A DNA stretch of 64,000 nt from assembly GCA_002633005.1 (NCBI GenBank), contig NMRA01000271.1:389588-453587 (forward strand). The letters are read 5' to 3'. Shown one piece after another: positions 24,721 to 38,400 of the stretch (its first letter is position 1; every line of letters begins with the position of its first letter). Below the pieces are notes generated by a model. It was given only the letters and a program-made list of their open reading frames with translations. It had not been told where the DNA came from and searched no databases. Source of the stretch: Phoronis australis. Lineage: Eukaryota > Animalia > Phoronida. A program made the translations under genes and the position numbers.

Positions 24721-26375
24721 AAGGGGACTGTAGTCAAAATAATGTTGCAGTTAATCGGTTCTAACATACAAATAAAACTCACATGTGCCAGACTTTCGTG
24801 CCAAACAAAAGCTGATTCGTATTCATGGTCAAAACACTAAATCCTGAAAGCGATCGCTGATTGGCTGATGTGTCAGTGACGTGAACGGCGGGGTATCGGC
24901 TGCTTTACACATTCATTGCTTATGTCATATTTTGAAGAGTTTACATCGTGATTTATCCTTGTACCAATCGTCCTTATTTTTGTTGTTTGCCACAGTGCTG
25001 TAAAAGGTTCCCTATGCCTTTTCGTGTGGCTGTATGGCACCCGGTTGCTCAAACTCTTCGGAAAAGGTGTCTTCTAAAGGGATGGTCATCGCATACCATT
25101 GCCGGGTTACCCAAGCCTTGGCCCAAAGCTGTTTACTAAATATAGGCCTACAGGTTTGAGCCGGTATGGGTAAAAAATGGACAAATAAAATCTGACTCAA
25201 AATTACTGCCATTAAAACTAATCTCATCCTTTAGTAAACCTATTAACCAGGTTCCTAGAGTAAACTAACTTCAGTATTTACCGGAGTTGGAAAAGTTAGC
25301 GATCGTTCGTCGGCTGGTGCTAAAATTGTGATGTGTTCTCTTGAGTCGGCTTTTTGCGATTACGTCATCTGACCTTTGCCAGTTTCTTTTCCCCCCCGAT
25401 TCTTTTAAGTGTTCGTGGCTGCCGGTACCTCGGTTGCATACATGTTACAACAAATTATCGGAACTTGTTTCATTTTGTTACAAGTTTTTAGTATTTTTAT
25501 ATCAGCAAACCGAATTTCAGAACAATCTTGGTGCTGCGAAGCTGTCATCATGTCCGGGCCGAAAGACGCCTCAAATTTTAGGTAATGGCGCGTGCGCCGT
25601 GTCACGAGCGTGCTGTTTTTGAAACGGACGACACTTCTTTGTTACAAAAGGCGGCAAATTATGCTACCAGATGACGTTTATTTGATTGTTTTCCACTTAA
25701 ATGGCTGCAACGAACAATGTGAGTGTCGGTTTATACCAGATTTTGCATGCACTCCCGCCGGTATGTTAGCTCTATATATTGATGTAGCCTAAGTTTTACG
25801 ACGAGGTGACGAGCATAAGTCAACTATACCCTGGTAGTCAACGGCTGTCTGAAATTTCGAGGTTAACGGAGCTCAACACACAGTGGTACGATAGTTTTCA
25901 TACAGCTATAGTCGGTAACTTACCAACCCTTCAAGTTTACAGAGTTGGGTATGGGGCTGACGGCTGGCTGACTGGCTGCCTAGAGTCCACATTGCCCACA
26001 GTACGGCACAGTCACACCAGTGTAAATTGTTGATATGGACTGGTTGCACCGGCAAATTTTCGTCTGACGATGACGATGACTGGGTATCACTTTGTATTGC
26101 CTCGGCTCAAACAGGTATACCTGGTGACCCGACATTTCACACTAAAATTTCTTATTCCGACAATATGAAAAACGCAACTTGACTGCACGCTAACACAGGA
26201 CAGTGACTTTGCCCCCGCCAAATACGTCACGAGACGCAGCGCTCCAAGCCGGTAATTTTTTTGAGCTTCGTTAGAGAATATAACTTTACTTTTTGTTGTT
26301 GAATTATTTGTGAAATTAATCACCAATTCATAGAAAACTATCCAGAATTTGTTCAGAATAAAATACAGTTACCTT
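24721..26375. mobile_element. Kolobok-like non-autonomous DNA transposon
   Basis: TTAA|AAGGGGACTGTA ... TACAGTTACCTT|TTAA: imperfect 12-bp TIR and TTAA duplication. Confidence 0.55.
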
Positions 26376-26862
26376 TTAAGATGGAATTTCAAAATGCTAT
26401 ACGTTTCCAAAATTGATTTTTTTTTCTAGTCATAAAAATGATAAAATCCCATTTTTCGTCAGCAAAAGTGAAAAATTTTAAAGCATTTTGGAGGACAGAG
26501 TACAAATTTTTGATGAATACAATAAGCCATTTCTGTGATATCAATCTCAAGAATGCCAAAATTTGTCATTTTTCCAGGAGTCAACTCTTAACCTTACAAC
26601 ACAGAAGTCCTGTACAGACCAGCCAAGCAGACAATTTCGATGGGTAATGAACTGACAATTGAAATGAAAAAGATTACATATCTACCATTAAGGAAATCAT
26701 TTTTCAACTTGGGACAAAAATAATTGCTAAAATTGCCATATTTCCATTTTTCAGAGGCTTACCGCATAGTTGTAAATGCTCAAAATTTTACCAAATGTTG
26801 TTTGATAATAGCTATGCCATACAAACCATGCAAAAAGTATTAAAAGTAAATTTTCTTGAAAA

Positions 26863-26953
26863 GTTACTTTTGCTGAGAAATTTGACAAAATGAAATTTCA
26901 ACTGTCCCCCATATTGAGTCCCTACCTGACTGTAACATTTGTTGGCTCCAAGC
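26863..26953. repeat. ~90-bp repeat, inverted copy at 29030-29121; related sequence at ~31000-31220
   Basis: TTACTTTTGCTGAGAAATTTGACAAAATGAAATTTCAACTGTCC..ATATTGAGTCCCTACCTGAC is the reverse complement of 29030-29121. Confidence 0.8.
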
Positions 26954-26970
26954 AAGAGTATACAACTTAC

Positions 26971-27095
26971 TGTCCAAATCATCTTTGTAGGCCTTTAGTG
27001 GTAACGATGGGTCGTGAATGACGAACACCTTGACCACTGTAAATCCCTCTCTATATTTAGCTCGCGCAACTTTGAAGAAACGTGTACTTCCCAGA
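26971..27095 (-). CDS. PIK3R4: PIK3R4/VPS15 coding exon 2 (kinase N-lobe)
   Basis: SLGSTRFFKVARAKYREGFTVVKVFVIHDPSLPLKAYKDDLD; tag acceptor and gtaagt donor. Confidence 0.95.
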
Positions 27096-27964
27096 CTACA
27101 AGAAAACAAAAACTTGCAACTTATAAGCAGAATAACACATTCATTAAGAGTAGACAACATGTCTCTACTCATCCACATGGTATTTATTGTTATGTAACAG
27201 TTCGATACACAAGTAGAATTACGAAATTAAAGTAACCAGACAAAATATGACCAGAAGAAACGGCCCTGTTATCTTCCACTCAGATTATCAGAAAATGTTA
27301 ACGATTATCAGTTTCATTTCATCCACAAACACATTTCACAAGTCAGAGTTTTCACTGTCACACTGGTTAAAAACGTAAGCGAACCCTGATGTGTTAGGTC
27401 ACCTCAGTTGAATGAAGACGCGCCAGTGTATCACTGAGTTAACATGGGGCGTTTCAAAGGCTGTGGATGAGAAAGGTTTTAATTGTAAAAAATGGTTGGG
27501 TGAATTTGATTTTGGTAGCATTTGAAATATTGCATTCGCTTTCTAGGCAATGTTAGTTAATTGTGTCTTCAGCCGCGCAGCACTGCGCTGTTCGACGCAT
27601 TCCCATAATTTACAGTAAGCCTAAACATGTAGAACGACAGCGCTTCTTCAACAAGTCAGACGACTACCAGGACGACGAATGGGGATCATGAGTGGATGAG
27701 AAACTAATCATTTTACTATCATGATTGTCTTTGTAATCTATTTTGGGTAATTGTTCATTCGAAGTTTTCATGTTGAAACTGAGCTTTCAGTTAATATAGA
27801 AATAAACGTGTCAGAGTTAACTTGCGTTTCGGTTTGTAACCAGCAGACAATGCATGGATAAGTTTAACAAAGATAAATATATACTATGTTCTCGTCATTG
27901 TTCATCACTTTCTTCATTGAAGTCGTTCCCACATCCATTACTGTATGTTTAATGCAAAATTCGT

Positions 27965-28450
27965 TAAAATTGAGAAAGCGAATGTTTTGATGGTCGGGAA
28001 CCCTCTTTGTGAGTTGAATACGCAAGTCCAGCTTTTTATTGGGAAACCATATTAAAAAAGTGCCCATCGAGGCGCTATTTATGCGTTGACAGAGCAAACT
28101 GGACATATTTTTTTATTGAGAAAACGCATTTTTACAAAAGAGAATCAGTTGTCTGGAATGTTTCATGTGTGTCAACAACGCAAACCAGACCCACCCTCTG
28201 GAAAGCCCATATTTGTCACCAGGAAGACTCTTTTTTCACAACGCAGCCCGATATTTCAAGTGAGATAGCGCATTTTTGAAAAGATTCCGTCACTTGCCGA
28301 GAACGGTTTTTGAGCATTGGCAATGCAAGCCGAATATTTCATATTGAGAAATCGCATCTTTGAAAAGAAGAACCAACACTTGTCAGGAACGGTCTTTGTG
28401 CGTCGACAACGTACATTTCTTATTGGGAAAGCCAGTTTTTCAAAAATTAA
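27965..28450. repeat. Degenerate tandem repeat (TTGAGAAA.CGCATTTTT / TGGGAAA.CC motifs)
   Basis: Motifs recur about 7 times. Confidence 0.5.
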
Positions 28451-29597
28451 ATGCGCAGACCGTTTGAGTCTCATTGACCTGCTATTATACTGCTACCACA
28501 AATGACCGAGCCAGCAATATTGATACTACGACCGCTCATCGAAATAATGTACACCCACGAAATTTGGACACTATATCGGAAACCCAAATTTGGAGGTCCG
28601 CCAAATTCGGACAGCACAAAAATGATGTTTCGCGAGATTCGTCCAAGAATGAACTTTTTCTATTGGAATTAATTTTCAGTGTCCGAAAATCGCGCGACAT
28701 TACCGTATTGTTCTCATGGCATGAGGACTTTAATCTGTTAACAGTAAAAATTGCTAATATTACCATTTTTTGCCATTTGGATCAACACCCGAATCGGCGT
28801 TATGTTGAAGAAAATGTCACACAGAACATGGTGATGCATTACATTTGTATCTGTACATGGATAGATAAACACTTATGGGCCACCCCATACACTGCACAAC
28901 TGGAAGACCGGACTGCAACCAGATGAACCTGGCCCACAACCACCAAATATTTCTCAGTCCCTTGAATCACTAAGACAATTAAAGCATCTTGGAACTTCTC
29001 ATGTTTTAGAAACATGAGAAGTTCCAAGATGCTTGGAGTCAACAAATGTTCCGGTCAGGTAGGGACTCAATATGGAGGACAGTTGAAATTTCATTTTGTC
29101 AAATTTCTCAGCAAAAGTAACATCTGTGTTAACCAATAATTTATTACTAACTTTTCTCTGCGCAAAGATTGTGCAAACGTGTTGAAAGTTTTCCAAAAAG
29201 CCGAACAATCACCAAGAGTGAAAATCACACAACGAACATTCACATCAAATCCTATGTTAAACATAAACAAAACTGCCAAACCAATCTCCAATCAGAACGT
29301 TCAAAAACAACTAATACTTATACACAGCCATGGCATTCAGTCATGCTGTTTTTTTGATATCCAGGGCACCATAACACATACTGCATTATTCCCACCTCAT
29401 TAAATTTCTGTACCAAAGAATAACATTCCATTTACAGAAAAATCATTGGGGTGTTGGTTATTCAAAACTCGCAGGGTTCTCACACAGGGCAATAAACCCT
29501 TTGTTATGCGTTTAACGTAGAAAATAAATCTGAAACTAAATAAGGCGATCCAGATCCTCCCAAGGATACTATTGTTTCATGAAACGTAGAATATAAA

Positions 29598-29749
29598 TCG
29601 GTAGATAAAACAACAAGAATGGATCAACTGAAATTTGAAATTTTCGGATGTAATAACTTCCTTTGTCAACAAAAACAGAAGTAAAGCAAGTTATTACATC
29701 CGAAAATTTCAAATTTCAGTTGATCCATTCTTGTTGTTTTATTTACCGA
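29598..29749. repeat. Near-perfect palindrome with ~62-bp arms (foldback/MITE)
   Basis: 29598-29659 is the reverse complement of 29688-29749 with about one mismatch. Confidence 0.9.
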
Positions 29750-30566
29750 GTTTTATGCGTTTACAAACACCAACAGGTACAGTTGTATGATTAAGAGCAG
29801 GATTCACAAAAATATCCAAATATCCCCAACAGTTAACCCCACCACTATCCGTTCAATCTTCAATGATAAATGTCACAGAAGTTAACCCCAAGTTAAGCTT
29901 ACTGTTCCAGTCAACTTCGGAGTTATTCAGAAAACGAATTCAACAGAGTAATCACAGACAGCTGATGAGTATCAGCTTACCTGGACAAAAGGTGGGAGCT
30001 AGTATTGCGTACATTCAGTATTTTTTTGGTAATGTAAACAATCTATGAAATACACAGATCAATTGAAACATAATACTTATACTGCCAATGTAATAAATAT
30101 TAGCAAGTATTAACTAATCACTGCCCCCTGTTGGCAGTGACACCGGACAATAAATTTGGTAAACATCAAAATTATGCGTTCCCATAATAGCAATGCATCA
30201 ACGCTTTACCGTTAAATCCACCTCATTTATCCGAAGTAAACTCGCGCAGTAAACTCTGATCCAAGACCGAAAATAAGCGTTTCCATTGACTGAAACTTCC
30301 CTAACACCAAAGACTGGGAGCCAGTAGAAAAGGGCATAAATAATTACTTTCACTGACCTTGCCAGTCAATTTTAAGGCTTATTGCGTGTTAAACGAGGAT
30401 TTACAAGTCAGCAAATTTCTAAGCCACTAAGTGAACTAGTTACCGCCTCAGAGTTCAAATTGCAAGCCACTGTTGGGCAAAGGATTCCTCGTGTGATCAA
30501 ACTGTAAAATTTCTAATTCTTGCCAGTTCAAGTACACAGTTAATTAGTTACTTCTAATATACGTAC

Positions 30567-30658
30567 CTTGAGTCATACTCATGTTCAGGGACATCGGTGA
30601 GGTAATGTTCCACAGGTAATATCTGTGACGGTGCAATACCTGTTAACTGGTTGCCCAT
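30567..30658 (-). CDS. PIK3R4: PIK3R4/VPS15 first coding exon, with N-myristoylation start MGNQL
   Basis: [30 protein letters not shown] matches vertebrate [19 protein letters not shown]. An acceptor cag lies 1 nt before the ATG, implying an upstream non-coding exon; donor gtacgt. Confidence 0.95.
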
Positions 30659-32349
30659 TCTGCATAGATATCAGAAGGAACATTATCACTATAGAACAAT
30701 TTAAGCTGGCATGACACATGCCAAATTCAAATATTTTATCAGTTCTTTTGACTATTTGAAAATAAAAAAAAAACCTAGCTAGGTAACCTCAAGTCAACGT
30801 CTACCCGTGCCGACACGTCTGGAAATTTTTTACATCTTACCAGCTCACCAGATGTAAACAAAGAACATTATGGATATAAATAACAAAGTGAAAGCGAAAC
30901 ATACTTTTGCTTTTTGTTTCAAAGAAACTCAAAAAAGCCATGTTGCAGACTGATCAATTTATCGCAAACACAAAGTACACATAAAGTTAGCATTTTGACT
31001 ATTGTAACAAAATCATCAATTTTGGGAAAACAATAATTAAGAAAATTATCAGTTTTTCAATTTTTCAGAGGATTATTAATTGCTGCAAACGTTAAAAAAT
31101 CATGTTGCTTGGTGTTTGGTGACGACTTCATCACACAAACCATGTCAACAAAGATGTAAAATCTGCCATGAAGTCATTTTATTTTGAGCAATTTGAAAAA
31201 TGAAATTCCACTTGTCTCGCACTTTGCGCCTTAAATTGAAGAATTTTTACCCTACATTTTTGCACTAGTGCTATGTAGCCATTATTACGGACTATGAATG
31301 CCTGCATGTGCAATTGGAATGGAGGATCAAAATTGATCAGTTTGTAAATTTTGTAGAGCGGGTGCAATAAATACCGCTACACCAACAAGTGCATCGAAAT
31401 ATTGCCGACATATGTCGCAAATTCTTGTCACACTAGAATAACACAGCAGCCTCTTTCACAACACGAGTTGTTTACCCACAATACAGAGCAGTTGTTGAGT
31501 ACTTTTCAGCAGCCCACACAACTGACCTATCGCCAGGATTTTGAGTGACAGTTTAACTGACCAATCAGAACGCAGCATTCTTGACACACATTTGTTTCCA
31601 AGCTGCCATTTCACCGACAAACAATACGGGTAAAACTTATTGTTTGTTGACAGTTTTGCAAGGGGGCGGAGCTGGTGATAGGTCGATTACTAAATTTTAC
31701 AGTTTTCCATTGGTCATTCTGAGATGCGAGTTGCAACAAAAACCTCAAAAGATTATTTAAACCTGAGCAAGGCGATAGATCATTCTTTGTCAGGCTCAGG
31801 ACTGCTCACACAAGAATCCAAAACTGAAAGCTAATAGGTCAGTCAAACAATGCAGTTCTCTAATCTTATCCTCACTTTCTAAGGGTGGACAGTTTATTTC
31901 AGCATGAGTGACCATAGCATATTTGAAAATTGTCATTCCAACAATGAAACTGCTTCTGAACAGCCATCGTTAAGAACGCCAAAATGAAAAGGGTATCTGG
32001 CTACGACAATGCGCTAGTCGGGCCTGATGGACATAATGACGTCATAAATCAATGCACAGGAATGACAAACATACGCCAAAAAAAGAGCAAGACCAACTCT
32101 GGAGGCGGCCAAGCAGGTAAAACTCTGTCAGTCACTGAGGCAGGTAAACAAGAATGTGAACTTCAATCAGTGAATCATTGTGACCTCGTGCTTTCCCCCC
32201 TCAATGCACAGATTCTTGACAGACATCGAGCGCTTGCATTTGCGTGTGCAATCCTTCCTAGTGCTGAATGAGCGCTGCTGTGGTCAATTTCCGTTCAAAA
32301 CAAAAGCGCCATCTCGTGAGTTATTGCAAAGTTAGTTGCAACGTGAAGA
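30659..32349. promoter_or_regulatory. Probable bidirectional promoter region between PIK3R4 and ABCF3
   Basis: Divergent start codons ~1.7 kb apart; YY1-like CGCCATCT near 32306. TSSs cannot be determined. Confidence 0.55.
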
Positions 32350-32422
32350 ATGTCCACATTTTCGGACATAATTTCTCAGGAATTTCCATCAATTGACCAA
32401 GATTTGTTTGATTACATCAACA
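32350..32422 (+). CDS. ABCF3: ABCF3 exon 1
   Basis: [24 protein letters not shown]|gtgagt; resembles human MATCAEILRSEFPEIDGQVFDYV. Confidence 0.85.
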
Positions 32423-35400
32423 GTGAGTATATATTACCTGGATATTACTGGTTTTTAAAATGAGCGGATATGATGTTTGATTAATGCCGATTAAAAATGA
32501 CCAGTTTATGAAGAATTCAAAGCCGGTTAATCTCATCTCCGGCTTGACTGCCATTCAGTCACCTCTCTTGTCCAAGAAAGACTGTGGCCAGCAGTTCCCA
32601 CATGCGTGTAGTTTTGTCAAGAAATGTTTCAAAGAAATTTGTAATGTTTCAACGTCATTGAAGTTACGCAGCATATATGTATAACAAAAGAATCACCCCG
32701 TGGCCTCTGTATCTGTTCTATGAAAGTGACATTCACAAAGTTTCGCACTCAAATATTATAGAAATCTGACGTTACAATAGTACAATGACACTGTAAAATC
32801 CACAACTGTCAATCATTTTTAAATGTGCTGATGCGTGTCCCCTTGAACCAATTTTTCCATTAAACTGTCCCTGTCAACATAGAGACTCTTATGTGTGATC
32901 TCAAAGCATTAAGGCTAATTTAAGCCTTTAAGGCTGGCCACGTATGTCTTGTAGTTCTAGACAGTGATCACCATCTCTAGCTGACCTCAGTATAGACAGT
33001 GACCCCCTTCTCTAGCAGGCCTCAGTAGAGACAGTGAAGCTCCTGTATTAACCATTTCAAAGAACAGGATTGTGGCACACTTGTGGCCAATGATAACCAC
33101 TCAGTGTGGTCTGTGAGAATGTTAGACTGACTTTTTGGGCACAAGTCAGATGTAATGGACCCTGATGTAGAGAACCAGGCAATCACTAAATAATGGCCCC
33201 ATTATGTAGTGGATGAAACTGTTTCTCTAAATCAGGGTCCATTATATCCGACTAGTGCCACTTTTTGTAATGACTGTGATCTTCAAAAAGTTTCATCATT
33301 TTGTGACGGGAGCGCCGTCTATTGGTGGAGCCGTGAGTGAGGACGAGTCGTCAGTTTAGTCTCAGAAGCTAGAGTGTGTTAGTACTATATTTTAAATGGG
33401 TGTAAGATGGTCATTTCCTTATATGGAACTTCCGATGACGAAATTTTTAGTTCTATTCTGATTGGTTTTCACATTTATCTTGAGACCCCTATTTTAGCGT
33501 AATTTGGAACATTCGCGGTGCGAATACGCCTATAAAAATGGGCCCCTCACGCTAAAACTTCGGATTTTGCCGGGTCTGGAATCTATCCGCAAGGAATCCC
33601 AACCAAACAACCTAACTGTTTGGGCCTTTTAAATTTGGACTTTGACGTTTTTAGCGAATTCTTCTTGTTTATAAATTCTTTGGGCTAAAAGTTAAAGCTA
33701 CGATGACGACGGAAGTTAGCGATGAGTTGTAAGTTTGTAGATCTGTGTTTCATATATATCGCATAATAAAATTCAGTATATTTATCTACTTCTCTCTTGT
33801 TTCACTCTCTATAAGTTGTCACCATGGTTCTCTCGTATGCGATTCGAATGAGTGAAAAAGTACACAACGCTGCGAATATTTTTATCGGCTACGAACAGTC
33901 GACATTTTAGAAACTAGGTAGATCGGTGCTGGTCGCTCCACCGATTCCCGTTACAATTTCTTCAATTTGTCGATGTTGTATCCTAAATTTGATATCCATA
34001 GGCAAGTCATGCTCAGCTTGTTGTTATTACTCCAGGTGTTCTTGAGAATGGTTCTGAAGACTTCACAACCAGTGACGATCTGTTTGAAGCTGTCGGTGAA
34101 GTTTTAAATGAGTTGGATGACAAGGAAGAAGAGGACATCAAAGCAATATGTGACCGGCTTTATCATGTGTTGAAAGGGTTTGTGATGTCACTGGTTCATT
34201 GCAGAGTTTACATACCATAAAGCTTCTAATAGTGGCTGGGGCGCTTACTTTTTCAGATGTGATCTAGACCTGGCCACTATTAGATGATAGCATTTATTTC
34301 GGTCCTGTGGCTGGCCAACACATGGCATCGTATGATGGCAAACAAAAAAAAATTGCCTTTGCCAATGGTCCGCTGTGAAGTCGTATTGTGTTACTACACG
34401 ATCTTAAGAGGGGGCTTCTATTAGAGACCCGGGCTTTATTGATAGACCTCCGGCTTCTATTAGAGGAAGGCGTTACATGTATTAGAGGTCCAGCTTCTGT
34501 TTGAAGCTTTACGGTAGATAACTCGATGTAAACTTCTAAATGCTAAGTCCAATTGATCCTCCTTCCAAAATTTTGGGGTCCATGAAAACAGTCTGGAAGT
34601 CATTACTCAAGCTGAAAGAACCATGAACACGCAATATATATGGGGGGATTGAGCATCTGGCAGTACTTGTATCAAAGGAAAATACATTATTTTTTAATGT
34701 GGTAGTATGAGATAGAAACACACCATCCATTAAAGACTGTAAGCTGAAGCAGTCGTCAGTCCTGATGTTGATGTAACCGAATGCTGGGATTGTGAAGAGG
34801 CTTTGTTCAGAAAATTATGGAATTGATCTGATCCTCTGTCTGCGAATGATATGCCTTGCTGGTCCTGTGTTTTGATACTGAGGTTTTGATGTCGTGAGTG
34901 GGTCAAAATATGCTTTTAATCCAGTTCAAATTTCAAGGATGTGGATACTTAAGTCGGGGTTATAGACTTAGTCTATGAGTATACAGATAAGGGTGATCGA
35001 ACTCACCAGGTCAATCTTTGGAGTTTCTTTGTCACTTTTTATTTGTTTGGAACTGAAACTAGACAACTTGAAGAAATTTTGAAGTTTTCCTCAAACATGT
35101 TGAAGTCAATGGCACTTTTGATTTCCAATGTTTCCAACTTTTCTTGTAATTTTTCTGCAATTATTGTTAATGCTAGGACATGCAGATTTGGAGATTTTTG
35201 CACCCGAAAGAAAAATTGTGATTTGTTTCAGTGTATAAACAAAATGGTTAAATTTTAATTTAAGTTAATCCGTTTTTCACCAGACTTGTGTGCGGCTACT
35301 GTAAAGAACTCATTTGAGTTTGATGCGAGTTTGCCTTGTAGAAATACCAGATGACCCACTCGAGTTTCAATAGTTTTTGTGCCTGAGGGTCTCGCGTGTA

Positions 35401-38400
35401 CCATGTGATCTGTGCCACTCACAAATTGAAAATTTGCCGCGAAATGCATTCACATTTTACCTCTACATTAATGCCATAACTATGCATTTTTGAAGTCAGA
35501 ATCTGGTGTAAGTTCACGTTGGGCCATTTTCCTTTATAGTGACGACGCTGGCGCCACCAATGGGCCTGTAAAGATACTAGGTGCTCCAGTCCACCTGGCA
35601 ACACTGGTCTCTGATACAACAAAACAGAAAGAAGATGAACACAAGAGCATATGGATGACAAAGAAAGATGTGGCATCAGTGAGTTATCACGGTTGAGCAC
35701 GTTTGATTTAGGGCCAGAACAGAAGCACGGACTTTAAAATTAGCGCGTAAGTAAATAACAACATATCTATCCAACGTAATAAACCGAAACGTTGAACAGA
35801 TATGTCGTTATTTACTTTCGCGCTAATTTTAAAGTTCGAGTTATCACAGATTTTGAGAACCAGTTTGATGCTTGTTATTCAGTGAAGAAAACTGGTTCTC
35901 AAAATGCGGGACCTTTGTGAGTGACTTGTTACCAACACTTCTTGACACAGCATCATGTCACGTCTGCCTATTGCGGGGCCAACCGAAGTCAGCTAGCCTG
36001 TAAAACTATTGTTAGTCAAGCCTTTTGTTTCCCTGGCATGATGGCTAACTCAATTAATCGCAAAAATGTCTGGTAATGGCTGTTACGGGCACAAAATTTT
36101 AATTGCGCAATGGCTTAGCCATCTTTATTACTAGCTTTCCTGTTAATTCCCCTTTAGTGTTGGTCATCAGGGGAGATTACTCTGGTGGTGAATTTGGCTC
36201 CTGTCCAGACTTCATGACTAGGAATTGTGCAGGGCTTGGAATTATCCTTCTTTAAGAGGATTTGCCTTTTTTGGTTTCGATTTCCTCGTATTTGATTTCA
36301 ACTTTCCTCTTTTTGTCTCTTTTTGTATCATTATTTTGACTTTATTTACCCAAAAAAACACATTTACTTCAGTTAAATTTTACAACACAAAAACATTTCA
36401 ATCACTCAAGCCTATTAGTGGAAAAATATATTTTACGTGGAAAATTTTCCTCGTTTTTGTCATTGGTCATTCCAAGCTCTGATTCCGGGTCATTTTTTCT
36501 GAATATTTTTTCTTGAACTGTTTTAGAGACCTCAGCTAAGTAAGTTACATAAATAAGTGGTATTACACCACCATTTAATGGGTTTTCTCTCACGAAAGTT
36601 GAACAAAATGTTGGAGTTTGACTCTATTTTCTGTGGAATTGAGAATGACAGTATTAATAATGATAATAAGAATAATGATGATGATAAGAGGACAGTGGTG
36701 TCCAAGTTTTTGGTAGTAAATTTTGCCAAAAGACCGACACTTCACTTCTACTGGCCCATTGCAACAGACACTGCTTTAAGTAACAGTTGTAAATTTGGCT
36801 CCTACAGTATGTTAAGAGCATTGGGCTGACTGAGTCCACCAGTGCTATAAATTGCTGAATCCAATGAATGGTTAGGCGTATTAGCTAGCCTTTGTCAACA
36901 TCACCGCGAGATCACCTTTTAATTCAAGTGGCTACGAATAACACCCGCACACAATGCTGTTCTATTCAGACCCCTGTTTAATAGGGCTGTTATCGCGTCG
37001 GTCTTGTGTTGTTTTTGCTGTGATCTCGCGGTGATGTAATACGACAGGAAAAGGCAACTTCACCTATTATTTGACGGGCCTACATTTGAGTGATTAAACA
37101 GCCATTTTCTTGTTTTGCTAGAGGCTTTGCTAGGACTATCTGGTTAGCCCAATACATCTAAAATAACAAAATTCCGTTTAAGTTGTGCTTTAAGTTCACT
37201 GCGCATACTGGCCTGCTTGAGGAATTTTGCAAGTGTTTTTATTATTTTCTGTTGTTGTCTGTGGCAGTTTTCACTGAAACTGGTTTACCTCCAGAGCATT
37301 TTTTTCTAATTCTTTGATATGTGAAACACTGACCAACATGGTGTTCTGGTGTTTCATCTTCCATCCAGCAATTCGGGCTGTGGGGTTCTGGTGCTCGACC
37401 TGTCATCCCGTAGAACTAGGGTGGTGCCGTTAATACAATTTATGTACTGTATAGTTGTATGTTTTTTTCTATGACTGAGTATGAGCAGAAACGTAGCACA
37501 AACTTTCTTGCTTGTAATTGACAAGGTTTTCTGCAATTTTGTTCTGGTTTAAAGGTGGTTGATCAAAAGAAGTTGGAAAAGGCGGAAGCCAAACTGAAAC
37601 AGAAACAGGAAAAACGGGATGAGCTGGACTCTCAACCGACCAAACTTATGTTGTATGTACCTGAAGGACACCACATGATTCTAAACAGGATTTTAGCCTG
37701 TAATGTGCATTCTAAATTAACAGTGTAGAGAATGGGTTTAAAACTGACCCCCTTAGCCTCTTAAAGGCAAACCATATGGAACCGCATAGGTATTAATAAA
37801 GAGAATGCTGACGCAAATGTCATACGTCAGTTTTGAAAACTAAGCATTATCTGTTTGTCGTGACATCTGTTGACCTTGGAGTGATACCATAGGGAAGATG
37901 CACGGTGGTAATATTATCTAAAATGGGCTGTCTTACCCCACATTCCTTTTATATATGATGATTGTAGCACTTATTTTATCCTAAATGAAGTTTAAAAATG
38001 CGAGTCGTTGCGTTAATTTTGATATTGCAATTGCACACGAATGTTGGATATTACAGACAAACTGGTGAGGCTACTGCTAGTCAGCAGCTGAACAGGCGGG
38101 AAAACAAGATGGAGGCCTCGGGAACCAACAAATCGTACGACATCAGGATAGAAAACTTTGATGTCGCATTTGGCGAATTGTAAGTGTATGCTTATGAAAG
38201 CTGTGATTCCATTGCAAAATGGCCACTTGAGGTGCTTTGGTACAATTACAATGTAGAGTTGAAACCTGCGACTGTTTGTGTTTATTATGTGTCTAGAACA
38301 TATTTCTTCGGTAAACATTTTTCAGTTTTGGGATACTTAGTGGCAGACATTCATTTCGTCAAATTTCGCAACAAAATTAATTTATCGGCAAAATTTACTT

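Noticed and set aside
28474-28926. 150-aa ORF and most other short ORFs in the track
   Set aside because: No recognisable domains or splice logic; they fall in repeats or introns
31520-31720. CCAAT and GC boxes as the PIK3R4/ABCF3 promoter
   Set aside because: The CCAAT-containing block is a dispersed repeat with an inverted copy at ~45610-45660, so it is not locus-specific evidence
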